The translations under genes and the position numbers were made by a program. Under the pieces are notes generated by a model. That model was given only the letters and a program-made list of their open reading frames with translations, had not been told where the DNA came from and made no database searches. A DNA stretch of 64,000 nucleotides. Source: Eledone cirrhosa (lineage: Eukaryota). Location of the stretch: NCBI GenBank assembly GCA_964016885.1, contig OZ024743.1, forward strand, positions 371,132,001 to 371,196,000. Reading direction: 5' to 3'. Below, piece by piece: positions 1 through 14,459 of this stretch (positions within the stretch are counted from its first letter, which is position 1; every line of letters starts with the position of its first letter).

Positions 1-1318
1 TTGCCTGACGCAACTACTGCATCACTTTGATGACATTTTGAGAGCCTTGGGAGAGGGTTCCAACACTGATGTTATCTACCTTGATTTCAGCAAGGCCTTT
101 GACAGGGTTGATCATAACATTCTACTGAGAAAGCTGTCCAATATTGGTGTCACTGGAAAGCTGCTGCAGTGGATCAAGAGCTTCCTGTCAAACAGAACCC
201 AACATGTTGTAGTTGAGGGAGTCAAATCAAGCCCAGCCAAAGTCAGTAGTGGAGTCCCACAAGGCACTGTGTTGGGCCCACTTCTCTTCATCATCTATAT
301 TAATGACATCACTGACATCATCAAACACAGCAACATTAAAATTTTCGCTGATGATTCCAAGCTCCAAAAGGTCATCAATGGCGTGGATGACCGGATAAGC
401 CTTCAGTCAGACCTACTGGCTGTTACCCAATGGGCAGAAAAGAACAACATGTTACTGAACGAAGATAAATTCGAACTGATCCACTTTGGAAAAGAGGATG
501 CTCTGAAACTCCCGTACTCCCTTCCCTCCGGGGAAACTCTCGTGGCATCTAACAACATCAGAGACTTGGGAGTAACCGTGGACAGCAACATAAGCTGGAC
601 CACGCATATAAGCAGCAAAGTTGACATGGCCCGCAGAATGTGTTCCTGGATCCTCAGAACCTTCCAGTCGAGAGATTCCCGCACCATTATCCTTCTCTTC
701 TCTACTTTCGCCCGACCACACCTTGAATACTGTTGTCCACTGTGGTCTCCCCACACGAAACAAAGTATCATGAAACTTGAAGCTCCTCAAAGGGCAATCA
801 CGAAAAAGATAGATGGCATGTCAGACCTTGACTACTGGGGTCGATTGGAAAACCTGAAACTTTACTCACTCCAACGTCGCCGTTAGCGTTATATTATCTG
901 CATGATGTGGAAGATGTTCCATCATCACTGCCCAAATGATGTTGGCATCGCCTTCAAGATACACCCAAGGCTTGGGCCCCGTGCTATCCGTCCCATTCAA
1001 AAATCTAAATCGCAACTCATAACAACAATACGGCACAATTATTTCACCTCAATCGGCCCTGCTCTCTTCAACATCACACCAGGACACGTCAAAACAGAAA
1101 CTGACCACACAAAATTCAAGAAGTCTTTGGACAAATTCCTCCAAGTAATCCCGGACAAACCACCCACACCCGGATATGTCTCCGCAAACAGTAATTCTCT
1201 TCTCGAATGGGCCATGGTGCCCAAATCCTGAATTGAAAGACTTCGCCAGGTGGTGCTATTAAGTTAGACATGGCCTGGGCCAATACTGGCCAAAACATTT
1301 CAAAGTTATTCAAAGTTA
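1..1318 (+). mobile_element. CR1/L2-group non-LTR retrotransposon, 3' part (RT domain and C-terminus), pseudogenised
   Basis: ORF 38-886 has YLDFSKAFDRV, SGVPQGTVLGPLLF, FADD and RPHLEYC motifs. After an in-frame TAG at 884-886 the frame continues (902-1231). The element ends in a (TTCAAAGTTA)2 tail running into (TA)n. Confidence 0.9.
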
Positions 1319-2017
<699 letters not shown>

Positions 2018-3240
2018 ATCATCATCATCATCATCAACGTTTAACGTCCGTGTTCCACGCTTGCATGGGTTTCGACGGGGGTAGTCCCACTTGAAGCAAG
2101 AGTGATTGTCTTGCTCGCATAGGACTGTCTGGCAGGTTTTCTACAGTTGGATGCCCTTCCTAACACCAACCACATTTACAGTGTGGGTCTGGGAGGTTTT
2201 TACCGTGTTGCCTACACGGCCACATTACAGCGTGGACTGTGTGTTTTTTTGTCGTGACACCTACACGATCTCATTTGTTTCGGCCTCGATGGCGCGGCAC
2301 CAACATAACTTTACATAGAACAGGGTGGTGTGGGTGGGGGGGGGGGGTATTTTGTTAGAGATGCCTACTGGCTGGAGTAGGTTTTACTATATATTTAGGT
2401 AAGGCGGGTCTTCTCTGTTACTGAGTACCGCCAAAGGTCTCGGTCCAGTGACATTGTCTTGGAGAGGTGTTAGTGTGTGATGTTGGAGTTTATCAGCTCG
2501 TCCCAGGTTTTTCTAGGTCTGCCTATTCCGGGACTACCGTCTATCTTTATTGCCCTGCACTTTGTTATACAGCTATCGACTTTCACGCGCATCACGTGTC
2601 CATACCAATGTAGCCTTCTCTCGAGTAAACAACATCTGATCCCTCTTATCTCTAATTTTTTCCTTAGTTCGTTTATGCTTTGCCGTTCACGTATATTACT
2701 GTTACACATCCAGCGGAGCATGCAAGCTTCGTTCCTCTCTACTCTGCGTATATCCTCTGCACTCAATGCCCAGGTCTCACTGCCATGCAGCATTGCTGTT
2801 CGTATGCAGGCATCGTAAACCTGCCTTTCATTTTTAGGGAGAACCCTTTAGCAGCTAATAGTGGTATAAGCTCTCTGAACTTTTTCCAACCAGTTCTGAC
2901 TCTAGCTACAGTACTTTCAGAGCACCCTCCCCCACTGCTGATTTTATCGCCCAGGTAACGGAAGCTGTCCACTATTTCTATAGAACCCTCTGCGCAATTG
3001 AAAGAGCTAGTATTTTGTGGGCACTTGCTGCTACTTATTGCCCCAGAACACCGGCCACATGTAAAATCTATGTTCTTAGTTAGCTTACCTGTGATCCCAC
3101 TACATCTTTTATGCACCCATACTTTGCATTTAGGACATAAAATGGAGTTTCTACCTACGCCTTTCCTACACACTGAGCATGGCCACTTCCCGGAAGGGAT
3201 CGCCGCCTTGTTTTCTTTCCTACAAACTAGAACTTTGGTC
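2018..3240 (-). mobile_element. RTE (BovB-like) LINE, 5'-truncated
   Basis: Minus-strand ORFs 2763-3173 and 2470-2793 ([29 protein letters not shown]); 3' UTR and (GAT)n tail; flanked by (TA)n. Confidence 0.92.
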
Positions 3241-3913
<673 letters not shown>

Positions 3914-3917
<4 letters not shown>

Positions 3918-4167
3918 TCATCATCATCATTTTACGTCCGCTTTTCCCTGCTTGCAAGGGTGGGACGGGTCTTATTCAGCACAGCATCTCTCCACTCGTC
4001 ACGGTCCCTCGTCATCTCCACCGTGAGCTTCAATGATCTGAGGTCTGTTCTCACCACCTCCGCCCATGTTTTTCGTGGTCTACCTCTACCACGTCTTCCC
4101 TCAACTGGCATTTCCTGGCACTTCTTCACCCATCGGTCATCCTCCATGCGCATCACGTGTCCATACC

Positions 4168-4169
<2 letters not shown>
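3914..4169 (-). mobile_element. RTE LINE 3'-terminal fragment (second subfamily)
   Basis: [17 protein letters not shown]...RGRPRKTW...DRDEWR, followed by a (GAT)n tail. Confidence 0.88.
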
Positions 4170-4210
<41 letters not shown>

Positions 4211-4216
<6 letters not shown>

Positions 4217-4633
4217 AAATTGAGGTTGGTAATGGCACATGGAATATATAAGAGACAGAATACTTTTTTGTGAAAAAACATAATTTTATAAGGTAAGGAA
4301 ATAATAAAGGGTATAAAAAATGACCGGTTTCGATGGGTCTGCAAAAGCCATCTTTTCAAATGTTGATTAATATTAAGAAAAATTAATAATACGAAGAGTT
4401 AAAATTTGAGACTTGAAAATTCAAGTATAAAATTCATTGTGGGATTTCATAGCAGTTTTCATCTAGGTAGCAACAACAGGTTGACTGCTGTGTCCCTTTC
4501 TGGTAGTGAATGAGAAGTTATTTGGGGTGTGGGTTATTTTATAAAGGTCAGATTTAGCAATAGCCAGCTGCTGGTCAGTGAGGGGGTGGAAGCAATATAC
4601 ACACACATATACCTTCATGTGTATGTATATATA

Positions 4634-4700
<67 letters not shown>

Positions 4701-5245
4701 ATGTGTGTATATATATGTGTGTGTGTGTGTATGTGTGTATGTATATGTATGTGTGTGTGTATGTATGTGTGTATATGTATATATATATATAATATATATA
4801 TATATATGTATATGTATATGTATGTGTATGTATGTGTGGATGAAGGTATGTGTGTGTATATTGCTTCCACCCCCTCACTGACCAGCAGCTGGCTATTGCT
4901 AAATCTGACCTTTATAAAATAACCCACACCCCAAATAACTTCTCATTCACTACCAGAAAGGGACACAGCAGTCAACCTGTTGTTGCTACCTAGATGAAAA
5001 CTGCTATGAAATCCCACAATGAATTTTATACTTGAATTTTCAAGTCTCAAATTTTAACTCTTCGTATTATTAATTTTTCTTAATATTAATCAACATTTGA
5101 AAAGATGGCTTTTGCAGACCCATCGAAACCGGTCATTTTTTATACCCTTTATTATTTCCTTACCTTATAAAATTATGTTTTTTCACAAAAAAGTATTCTG
5201 TCTCTTATATATTCCATGTGCCATTACCAACCTCAATTTTCTCTA
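4211..5245. repeat. ~405-bp near-perfect inverted repeat (4211-4618 / 4840-5245), probably Penelope-like inverted pseudo-LTRs with a hammerhead-like motif
   Basis: The arms are reverse complements around a TG/TA microsatellite spacer. Each arm contains TTGAAAA-GATGG..CCATC-GAAA-CCGG-TC. Confidence 0.8.
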
Positions 5246-5275
5246 TAACCTTCGTTTTGTGTAGAAAATTACACT

Positions 5276-5467
<192 letters not shown>

Positions 5468-5502
5468 ATATATATACATATACATGTATATACATATGTA
5501 TA

Positions 5503-6657
5503 AAATATGTAGTTTAGAAAGCCACAACAATGCAGATGGGAAATCTCGAGGTAGGAAGTGAGTGAGAAATAGGTGAAAATTGAGAGAAACCAAAAAACGA
5601 AAACAAAACAAAGGTATAAGGAGGGACTTGACATACATTTGGCCCACACAGGACCTTCGCTCCGAAGATGCCTCTCCAACAAACCCGACGAGTCAGATGG
5701 GACGTGTTCCCTCAGCAACTGCCTGATACGGGCGGCAGATTGCTTACGCACCTATGTCGTATATAAGATTCAATGCGATAAATGTAACAAGTTTTACATA
5801 GGTAGCACCATCCGACCCCTACATGTTCGTATCAAGGAACATATCAACACCAACGCATCTGCCTTCCGTAAACACATCCTTAAATGCGGAAACCCACAGG
5901 GGAGACCCTTGGTCACAGTCCTAGTGACTGAACGCAGCATCGGATCCTTAAGGATAAAGGAAGCACTTGTTATTAAGAACCTCAGACCCCCACTTAACAA
6001 CCGGGCTGAGAGAAATGAGCTGACATGGCTAATTTAACCATAGTGACCAGTAACAGCCCCTACGGCCTACTATCTTTCACACACACGCACTTATATGTAT
6101 ACCCATACACATACACACACACACACACATCTATATTTATACACACACACATGTTTATACAACCTACCACCTTTCACACCCTTTGAATTCCAGCTTCTAC
6201 GGCCCACTATCTTTCTCATACACACACTCACATACATACACACATACACACACAGTTACACACACATATATAATTACACACATATATTTTACGGCTTTTA
6301 CACGCTAGCGCACCCTATTGTTTTATCCCAATTGGTCAGTAGCTTTTGCCACAGCCTATCATGCGCACGCGCATTCTTTCCCTCGTTTGAATTTTTCCCC
6401 ATAATGGCATTCCTCTGTTTTAACGACATTACAATTTTCTCCGGCTTAGCCTGTTCCCCCCCTTTTGGAACTTTACCCACGTTGATGGGCGCGAGCCCGA
6501 AATATTGGGATTAAATCTCCACTACGGTAACCCTTATACCTTTGTTTTGTTTTCGTTTTTTCGTTTCTCTCAATTTTCACTTTTCTCCTATTTCTCACTC
6601 ACTTCCTACCTCGAGATTTCTCATCTGCATTGTTGTGGTTTTCCAAACTACATATTT
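5503..6657 (+). mobile_element. Penelope-like element 3' fragment: GIY-YIG endonuclease with inverted terminal segments
   Basis: ORF 5573-6037 contains VVYKIQCDKCNKFYIGSTIRPLHVRIKEH...KEALVI...PPLN. Segment 5503-5621 is the reverse complement of 6532-6657. Confidence 0.88.
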
Positions 6658-6707
6658 CACAATGCTTCAAGCAAACTTTAACACCCTCACACACATAAAT
6701 ATATAAA

Positions 6708-6760
<53 letters not shown>

Positions 6761-6763
<3 letters not shown>

Positions 6764-7120
6764 GAGGCACATTAATCGAAAGGTTGTGAGTTCAATTCTC
6801 AGACCGGGTGATGTGTTGTTTCCTTGAGCAAGACACTTTATTTCACATAGCTCCAGTTTACTCAGCTGTAGAAATGAGATGATAGGGACTGGGGTCCATA
6901 TCATTCCACTGTAGAGTGGTCGTGGGGGTGCCACGGAAAAAAAGCACCCAGCCCGCACTGTAAAGTGGACGTGTAGGCGCCACGGAAAAAAAGCACCCAG
7001 CACTCACTGTAAATGAGGTTGGTGTTGGGAAGGGCATCCAGCTGTAGAAATCAAGCCAGAATCAGTTCCCGTCCCACCCTAGCAAGCAGCGAAAAGCGGA
7101 CGTAAAATGAAATGATGATG
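6761..7120 (+). mobile_element. tRNA-derived SINE with RTE-type 3' tail
   Basis: B-box-like GAGTTCAATTC, central CCTTGAGCAAGACACTT motif, 3' GGAAGGGCATCCAGCTGTAGAAA, and a GGACGTAAAATGA..(GAT)n tail shared with local RTEs. Confidence 0.75.
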
Positions 7121-7140
7121 ATATATATATATACATATAT

Positions 7141-8847
7141 ATCATCATCATCGTTTAACGTCCATATTCCACGCTTGCATGGGTCTGGACGGGAGTTTTG
7201 CCACTTGGGGCAAGAGTGGTTGTCTTGCTCGCATAGGACTGTCTGGCGGGTTTTCTACGGCTGGATGCCCTTCCTAACACCAACCACATTTACAGTGTGG
7301 AACTGGGAGGTTTTTACCGTGTTACCTACACGGCCACATTACAGCGTGGACTGTGTGTTTTTTTGTCGTGACACCTACACGACCTCATTTGTTTCGGGCT
7401 GGATGTGACACCAACATAACTTTACATTGAAAGGGGTGGTGTGGATGGGATGTGGGTAGTGGGACGGGAGTGTATTTTGTTAGAGGTGCCGACTGACTGT
7501 AGTAGGTTTCACTTTGTACTTAGGTAAGGCGGGTCTTCTCTATTACTGTGTAGCGCCAAAGCTCTCGGTCCAGTGACATTGTCTTGGAGAGGTGTAAGTG
7601 TGAGGTCGGAATTTATCAAGTCGTCCCAGGTTTTTCTGGGTCTGCCTACTCCATGGCTACCGTCTATTTTGATCGCCCTGCACTTTTTTATACAGCTGTC
7701 ATCTTTCATGCGCATCACGTGACCATACCAACGTAGTCTTCTCTCGAGTAAACAACATCTGATCCCTCTTATTTCTAATTTCTCCCTTAGTACGTTTATG
7801 CTTTGCCGTTCACGTATATTACTATTACACATCCAGCGGAGCATGCAAGCTTCATTTCTCTCCAGTCTGCGTATATCCTCTGCACACAATGCCCAGGTCT
7901 CACTGCTATGTAACATTGCTGTTCGTGTGCAGGCATCATACAACCTGCCTTTCATTTTTAGGGAGAACCCTTTAGCGGCTAATAGTGGTATAAGCTCTCT
8001 GAACTTTTTCCATCCAGTTCTGACTCTAGCTACTGTACTTTCAGAGCACCCTCCCCCACTGCTGGTTTTATCACCCAGGTAACGGAAGCTGTCCACTATT
8101 TCTATAGAACCCTCTGCGCAATTGAAAGAGCTAGTATTATGTGGGCACTTGCTGCTACTTATTGCACCAGAGCACCGGCCACATATAAAATCTATATTCT
8201 TAGATAGTTTACCTGTGATCCCACTACATCTTTTATGCACCTATACTTTGCATTTGGGACATAAAATGGAGTTTCTACCTACTCCTTTCCTACACACTGA
8301 GCATGGCCATTTCCCAGATGGGACCGGTGCCCTATTTTCTTTCCTACAAACTAGAACTTTAGTCTCAGACAAGTTAACTTTAAGGCCTTTTGATTCTAGG
8401 CCATGCTTCCATGTTTGGAATGTCTTCTCTAGTTCAGCCATTGATTCAGCTATGAGCATTAGATCATCTGCATATAGGAGTTCCCATGGGCAGCCGGTCT
8501 TGAACTCCTCTGTTATAGCCTGAAGGGCAATAATAAATAGTAGGGGGCTAAGGACGGAGCCCTGATGAACACCAACTTTTACGCTAAACTCTTCGCTATA
8601 TTCGTTGTTAATTCTAACCTTGCTGACTGTTTCTTTATACATGGCTTGTATAGCTCTCACAAGCCATACATCAACACCTAGTTTTCTAAGGGCCCACCAG
8701 ATAATCGAGCGGGATACTCTGTCAAAGGCTTTCTCCAAGTCAACAAAAGCTAAGTATAGGGGTTTTCTTTTAGCTAGGTACTTCTCCTGTAGTTGTCGTA
8801 CAAAGAAAAGAGCGTCTGTTGTACTTTTACCGGACACAAACCCGAAC
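7141..8847 (-). mobile_element. RTE (BovB-like) LINE, 5'-truncated
   Basis: ORFs 8241-8849 ([22 protein letters not shown]) and 7509-8240; 3' UTR and (GAT)n tail. Confidence 0.93.
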
Positions 8848-8856
8848 ATATATATA

Positions 8857-9553
8857 TATTTATTAAAATAACAGATTAAAGTTTAAGCAAAGAATCGCTG
8901 CTTTCACCCTTAACAGGATCTTCTGAAACTAACAAAGTCAATCTGTAAACGCAGAAGTGGATATTTCAAAAAACGTTGCAACCGGAGGAAGACAGGAAGA
9001 CGATACTTTGGTTCGTGGAAACGTTCCCTGGCAAAGAACGGGAAAAAACGAATATAATACGTCATTAATAGGAGCGGTGAAAAACAATTACGCGCAAAGA
9101 CAGAACCACGTTTATGGTATAAAAGAGGTCGTAGACTAATGTTCTCTTAGGTGGTTCATAGAGACTTCTCTGGCAATGAACGAAAAAACGAAGATAATAC
9201 GTCATATGTGGAGCGTGGAGAACAATAGCACGCAAAGACAAAACCACGTAAATGGTATAGCAGAAGTCGTAGACTAAAATTCTAACTAGGAGACCGAATG
9301 AATCTCCGCTTCAGAGTTAAGAACAAAGTAAATAAATACAATACAGATGTAGTTGAAATTAAATAAATACATACACGCATACAAATACGTACATACACAA
9401 GCATATGCGAAAACACTTACCATAGGTATACAAAACCACGCACGTATAGATATGTGTGGGTGTGTATGCGTGTATACAAATAAATAAATAATTAAATAAA
9501 TATATATAAATAAATAAATACGTATATAACAAGCGCACACACATACCTACATG
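8857..9553 (-). mobile_element. Penelope-like pseudo-LTR/3' UTR copy (same family as 22492-23596)
   Basis: Near-identical to 22492-23161; hammerhead-like fold at 8880-8930 (-); internal ~140-bp duplication. Confidence 0.7.
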
Positions 9554-9559
9554 TATATA

Positions 9560-12500
9560 TACTCTTTTACTTACTCTTTTTTTTTTTTTTTTTTACCTGT
9601 TTCAGCCATCCGGCTGAGGCCATGCTGGGGCACCGCCCTTGTTGCTACACATTTTATCTCCAGCCTGTATAGGTTGGCCACTGGTGTACGAGGGAGTTTG
9701 TTGCTGCTGCCCTTAGGTTTCCCTCGTGCCTTGCTGATGGCTCATCCAGGATCCTGGATAGCAAGGTGTCGAGATGTTTCTTGAAGACATCCACCTCCAC
9801 GTCATGCAAATCTCTCAGATTCCTCGGCAGCTTGTTGAAGAGTTGAGGGCCCTTGAATCCCAGGCTATTGCAATACCTGCTCCTTATTCTTGGCACCACA
9901 CAGTGATGTCCTGTTCGACGGTTGGTCCAGCTCCCAATGCCAAAGTTTGGTGCTAGTCCCTCCAGGATTTTCCACATGTAGATCACTGCGTATCTCTCCC
10001 GTCTTCGTTCCAAGGAGTAGCAGTTCAGTTCCTTTAGCCTCTCCCAGTAGCTTGTCTCCTTCATCGTGGCAATCCTCTTGGTGTAGCTTCGCTGGATTGC
10101 CTCAAGCTCCATGTTTAGTTTGACACTATGGGGTGACCACAACTGGGAGCAGTAGTCCAGGCGGCTTAGGACAAATGTCCTCCATGGTGTCTTGGTCTCT
10201 TGTCCGGAAAGTCCTCAAGATCCAGCCAGCGAGTCGTCTGCACATTGTCGCCACTTTCATGATGTGTGAGGAAAAAGATGCATCATTGCTCATGTCTATG
10301 CCCAGGTCTCGTATCGATTTTGACACGGATATCAGTCCCTCCTGGTCATGTGTAGATGTGTTGTACTATATTTGTGTTTGCAGATTTGTTTGGAGGTTTG
10401 TATTGTAGGGCTTGGAATTTGCCAGCATTAAACTGCATGTTGTTTTCTTCCGCCCATTTGTATATGGCAACCAGATCTTGTTGTAAAAGGGCAGCGTCAG
10501 CCGGCTTTTTTATTGCCTGTGTTACCTTAGTGTCATCAGCATAGCTAGTGAGGGATGTTGTTGTATGTACTACAGAGGGCATGTCTGAGAGAGCCACCAA
10601 AAACAGTAGTGGTCCCAGGACTGTCCCCTGGGGCACCCCACTTGTTATTGGTGTTTCCTTTGAAAGGGCCCCATTTGCTGCGACTGTCTGACTTCTGTCC
10701 TTTAGGAAGTCATGCAGCCACTCACCTACTTTTCCAGTTATTCCGAATCCGTGTAGTTTGTGACATATCATTCCGTGGTCGACCTTGTCAAAGGCCTTCT
10801 CAAAGTCAAGATATCACGTCCACATTTGAGCTATGTAGTTGTTGTTTCAGGTGATGGTCGCCATTTCTTCATGTAGTGCTGTGGCATCAAAGAACTCCTC
10901 TGGCTTCGTTATTTGCGTGTGCCTCAGTGGACATGTGAACACACTTTTGTACTGTTCGTTCAGTATTTCACATATCTCTTGGGGGTTTTCGGTTAATGAA
11001 CCGTCCGTATGGAAGAGTGGCCCAATCTTGCAGTGTACCGAGGCAGTTTCTTTTTCAAATTTAAAGAAGGCCTTAGGGTTTGTTTTAATGTTTTCTATGG
11101 CCCTGTTCTCTTTCTTTGCCCTCTCATTTTCATGGGAAAGTTTGAGTGCAATCTCAGTGCCAAGTAGTGCACATTTCAAATAGGATTCCTCCTTGTTTTT
11201 GTTTTCTTGTTGACTATTCAACTGGTTTGAGAGCTTGGTTCTACGTTTCATAAGGATTTTCCTATCTCTGGGAATAAGATTTTTGTGTCTGTTTGCCTTA
11301 TTCTCCGGTACAAACTTTTTGCATATAGTGTGTATCGTTGTCATGAAGTGTTGAAATTGTGTGTTAATGTCTTGTGTGGCGGTGTTTTCACTCCATGTTT
11401 GCTTCCGGATTTCTCTCTTAATCTTTTTCCAGTTAGCCTTGTAGAAGTTAAGGCTGGATAACGTCCCGGAGCGTCTTGGTGGTTTTGTCTCTGTTGGTTC
11501 TCTCGGACCAAATATCATTAGCTCTACTAAGTTATGATCCGAAAGAATTGTTGGTGTCACCTTTACATTGTGGATGAGCACTTTGTTGTTTGTAAAACAG
11601 AGGTCCAGGACATTTTCGCCTCTTGTTGGGAGGAGTATTGCTTGCTCCATGGACAGCCTGTGTGTGAGGGCCAGCAGGGATTCCGTCTGTCTCTGTTCTA
11701 TTGACGTCATTCCAGGGAGGAGGTGGCCCTCATGCCATTTGACCTTTGGTAGGTTGAAGTCTCCCAGCAGTAGAATGTTGAGACCCTGGTTCAGTTTTAC
11801 ATGGACCTCTTCTATCCTACTTAGGCTATCCTCAAATTTACCCTCATGACTGGGGGCATCGGGCGGCCGATATGTGACACATATTACTGTCTGTAGTTGC
11901 TTCATATGTACTATCAGTGTGTCACAGACTGAGTTTGAATGTGTCAACAGTACAATTGGTGTGACATCTTCACGGATATACAGAGCAACCCCACCATGAG
12001 TTCTCTCCTTCCTGTCCGAATGAAATACAGTATATTTCGGTATATGTATTTCTGCATCTGCTATACTGCTTGTCAGGTGTGTTTCGGTTAGTGCGATGCA
12101 TAATGCTTGATTGCTTATGGCTAAGTCTCCCAGGTAGGAAATTTTACTCATGTTACTGAGTTTCACCAGGCCTCTGACATTCAGCAGCAGCACTGGTGTG
12201 ACTTTTGGGGTGCCAGTAATGGCTGTCAGTATGACACCTGGTCTGGTGTCAGCGACGGCCACTCTGGGTCCCTTAGCTGTGGTGGTCTCGAGTGCTGGTG
12301 TGGGTGACCCTGGCACTGGAAACGATGCAGCCAGGTCAGCTGTCCCACAATCTTCTCTGCCATCACTAAAAAATGTTTCTGCTCTGCTGCTGCCATCTGT
12401 ATCTCGTCGGCATGTGCGTGCCTTCTCCTTGTTGGTGCGGCACGCGCGACATCAGCATACTTCTGGAGCGGCTTATTTCGGCTTTGGCTGGGGCATGTTG

Positions 12501-13390
12501 CACGAGTAGGATGGGCATAGTTCGTTTGAGACCTGGGGTGGGCGAATCTGCATCCCATCCCTGTCTCTCCATGCCAGCATGTCCCGCTCTTGAAAAACTT
12601 GCACATTACTTGGGTTTTTTTGCTCCCAGTGTCTCGGTGCTTTCTGTTCTTCTTTTGAACAGTTGTCACTGGTCCCTCTGCGCTTGGTTCTCCTTCGGAA
12701 GGTGATTTCGCTTTTCACCTTTACCTTTTGCTTGTTGGTTGCCCGGCCTGCCCTCCCTGACTGGCGGGGGGTATCTCATTTTCTTTCAGGTCCATGCTTG
12801 TGCTCTCCTCCTTTTCTTTTTCCTTCTCCTCCCTTCTCTTCAGTTTTCTCCTCTTTGAGGACACGGCTTAGCATCGCCATATGTGGCGCTATGAGGACAT
12901 ACGCCTTCTCAATTTCTTTTCTCTTTCTCTCTATCTGTGCCAGGGTCCTCAGAAACCCATGGCTTTTCAGGTTCTCCGCCATCTTTTTGCTTGGTGGAGA
13001 CCCATCAGCCATAGTCCACCCCTTGATCAAAACCGCTAGTTCCATCTTTGACTAGTTTCACTGACTCCTAATTTCACGTTTTTCCTGTATGCAGTCCATT
13101 TCGCTGTGGAGGGGAGATAGTGAGAAGTGTGGGGTAGAGGTTAGAGAGGGACAGAGGGAGATATAAGTCCAGTGAGAAATTTAAAGAGCGATTTAGAGGA
13201 AAATAGAGAGAGAGAAAAAGAAACAAGAAAAGAAAGAGGAGCGAGAGGGATAGCGGGAAGAGTGGGGGTGGGGTTAGAGAGGAGATAGATAAGTCCGGTG
13301 AGAAATTCAAGGTGCGATTTAGAGAGAAAGGAGAGAGACAGAGACAGTGTGAGAAATAGCAATTCAGAAAGAGAGAGAGCGGTCAAAGAG
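9560..13390 (-). mobile_element. CR1/L2-group LINE, near full length (ORF1 with CCCH finger, APE endonuclease, RT), internally deleted and frameshifted
   Basis: ORF1 pieces 12776-13045 and 12226-12669 (CKFFKSGTCWHG..CRFAHP); APE 10847-12316 (LTETHL, YRPP, GDFN, SDH); RT 10346-10771 (GVPQGTVLGP, YADD) and 9654-10142. The RT N-terminus is missing at ~10845. Confidence 0.88.
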
Positions 13391-14055
13391 AACTATAAAT
13401 ATTAGTAATAAATATCGTTCAAAGAATATTTCGCAATTAAAAACACCAAAACAAAGTGAACATCAAATGATATCCACATGAAATATAAAGGAGACAGAAT
13501 AAATTAAGATAAAATAAAATAAGATAAATCTAAAACAAATTAAATGAATGAAACCCAAAAAGTTAAAGATATAGAAACACGATGTAAGTTGATTTCAAAT
13601 GTTTGTTTACAAATATAAATAACGGGAACCGTATAGAGTGACCATAGTTATTGTAATATCAATATATCAAACAACAAACAACAAACACATATGCTCACCG
13701 AGTCAAAAATAAATGAAATAATACAAAATCTACTTAAGTTAAATTAAAATTCAATTACGTACTGGCCTTCTATACTCTGTATGGTAGTCAAAGAAAGATA
13801 GAAAGCACGTGAGTGTGTTGTTTTTAGGAGAATATCACACAGTGAAAATAAACATGTTTAAAACACTAATATATGTAAAATATACGTAAAAATAATCGCG
13901 TCGAAGCACAAAAACTTATCTTTTTTTGTATGTTTTCCTTGTCTTCTGAAAAATTACAGCCGTACATAAAACCGATTACTGTTACTGTCGATTTAAAATT
14001 TAAAATATGGAGGTTCAGCAATTCACGTCCGTACCAACAAGTTGCCAAGCATATA

Positions 14056-14087
<32 letters not shown>

Positions 14088-14116
14088 CATATATATTTAT
14101 ATATATATATGTATAT

Positions 14117-14346
14117 AACCCATTTGCAGCGCCGCAGCTCCATTATTATCATCATACATATATATGTATATATATATATCTATATATATACATATATATG
14201 TATATATATATATATATATATATACATATATATGTATATATATATATACATATATATGTATATATATATACATATATATGTATATATACATATATATGTA
14301 TATATATATATATATGTATATATATATACATATATATGTATACATA

Positions 14347-14383
<37 letters not shown>

Positions 14384-14388
14384 ACATA

Positions 14389-14459
<71 letters not shown>

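Noticed and set aside
8957-9139. Conserved 60-aa ORF repeated at 22593-22775
   Set aside because: The similarity simply reflects near-identical repeat copies; GTG start and no recognisable domain.
13400-14045. Possible Nup58 first exon or promoter in non-repetitive AT-rich sequence
   Set aside because: No FG-coding frame with ATG and donor site found.
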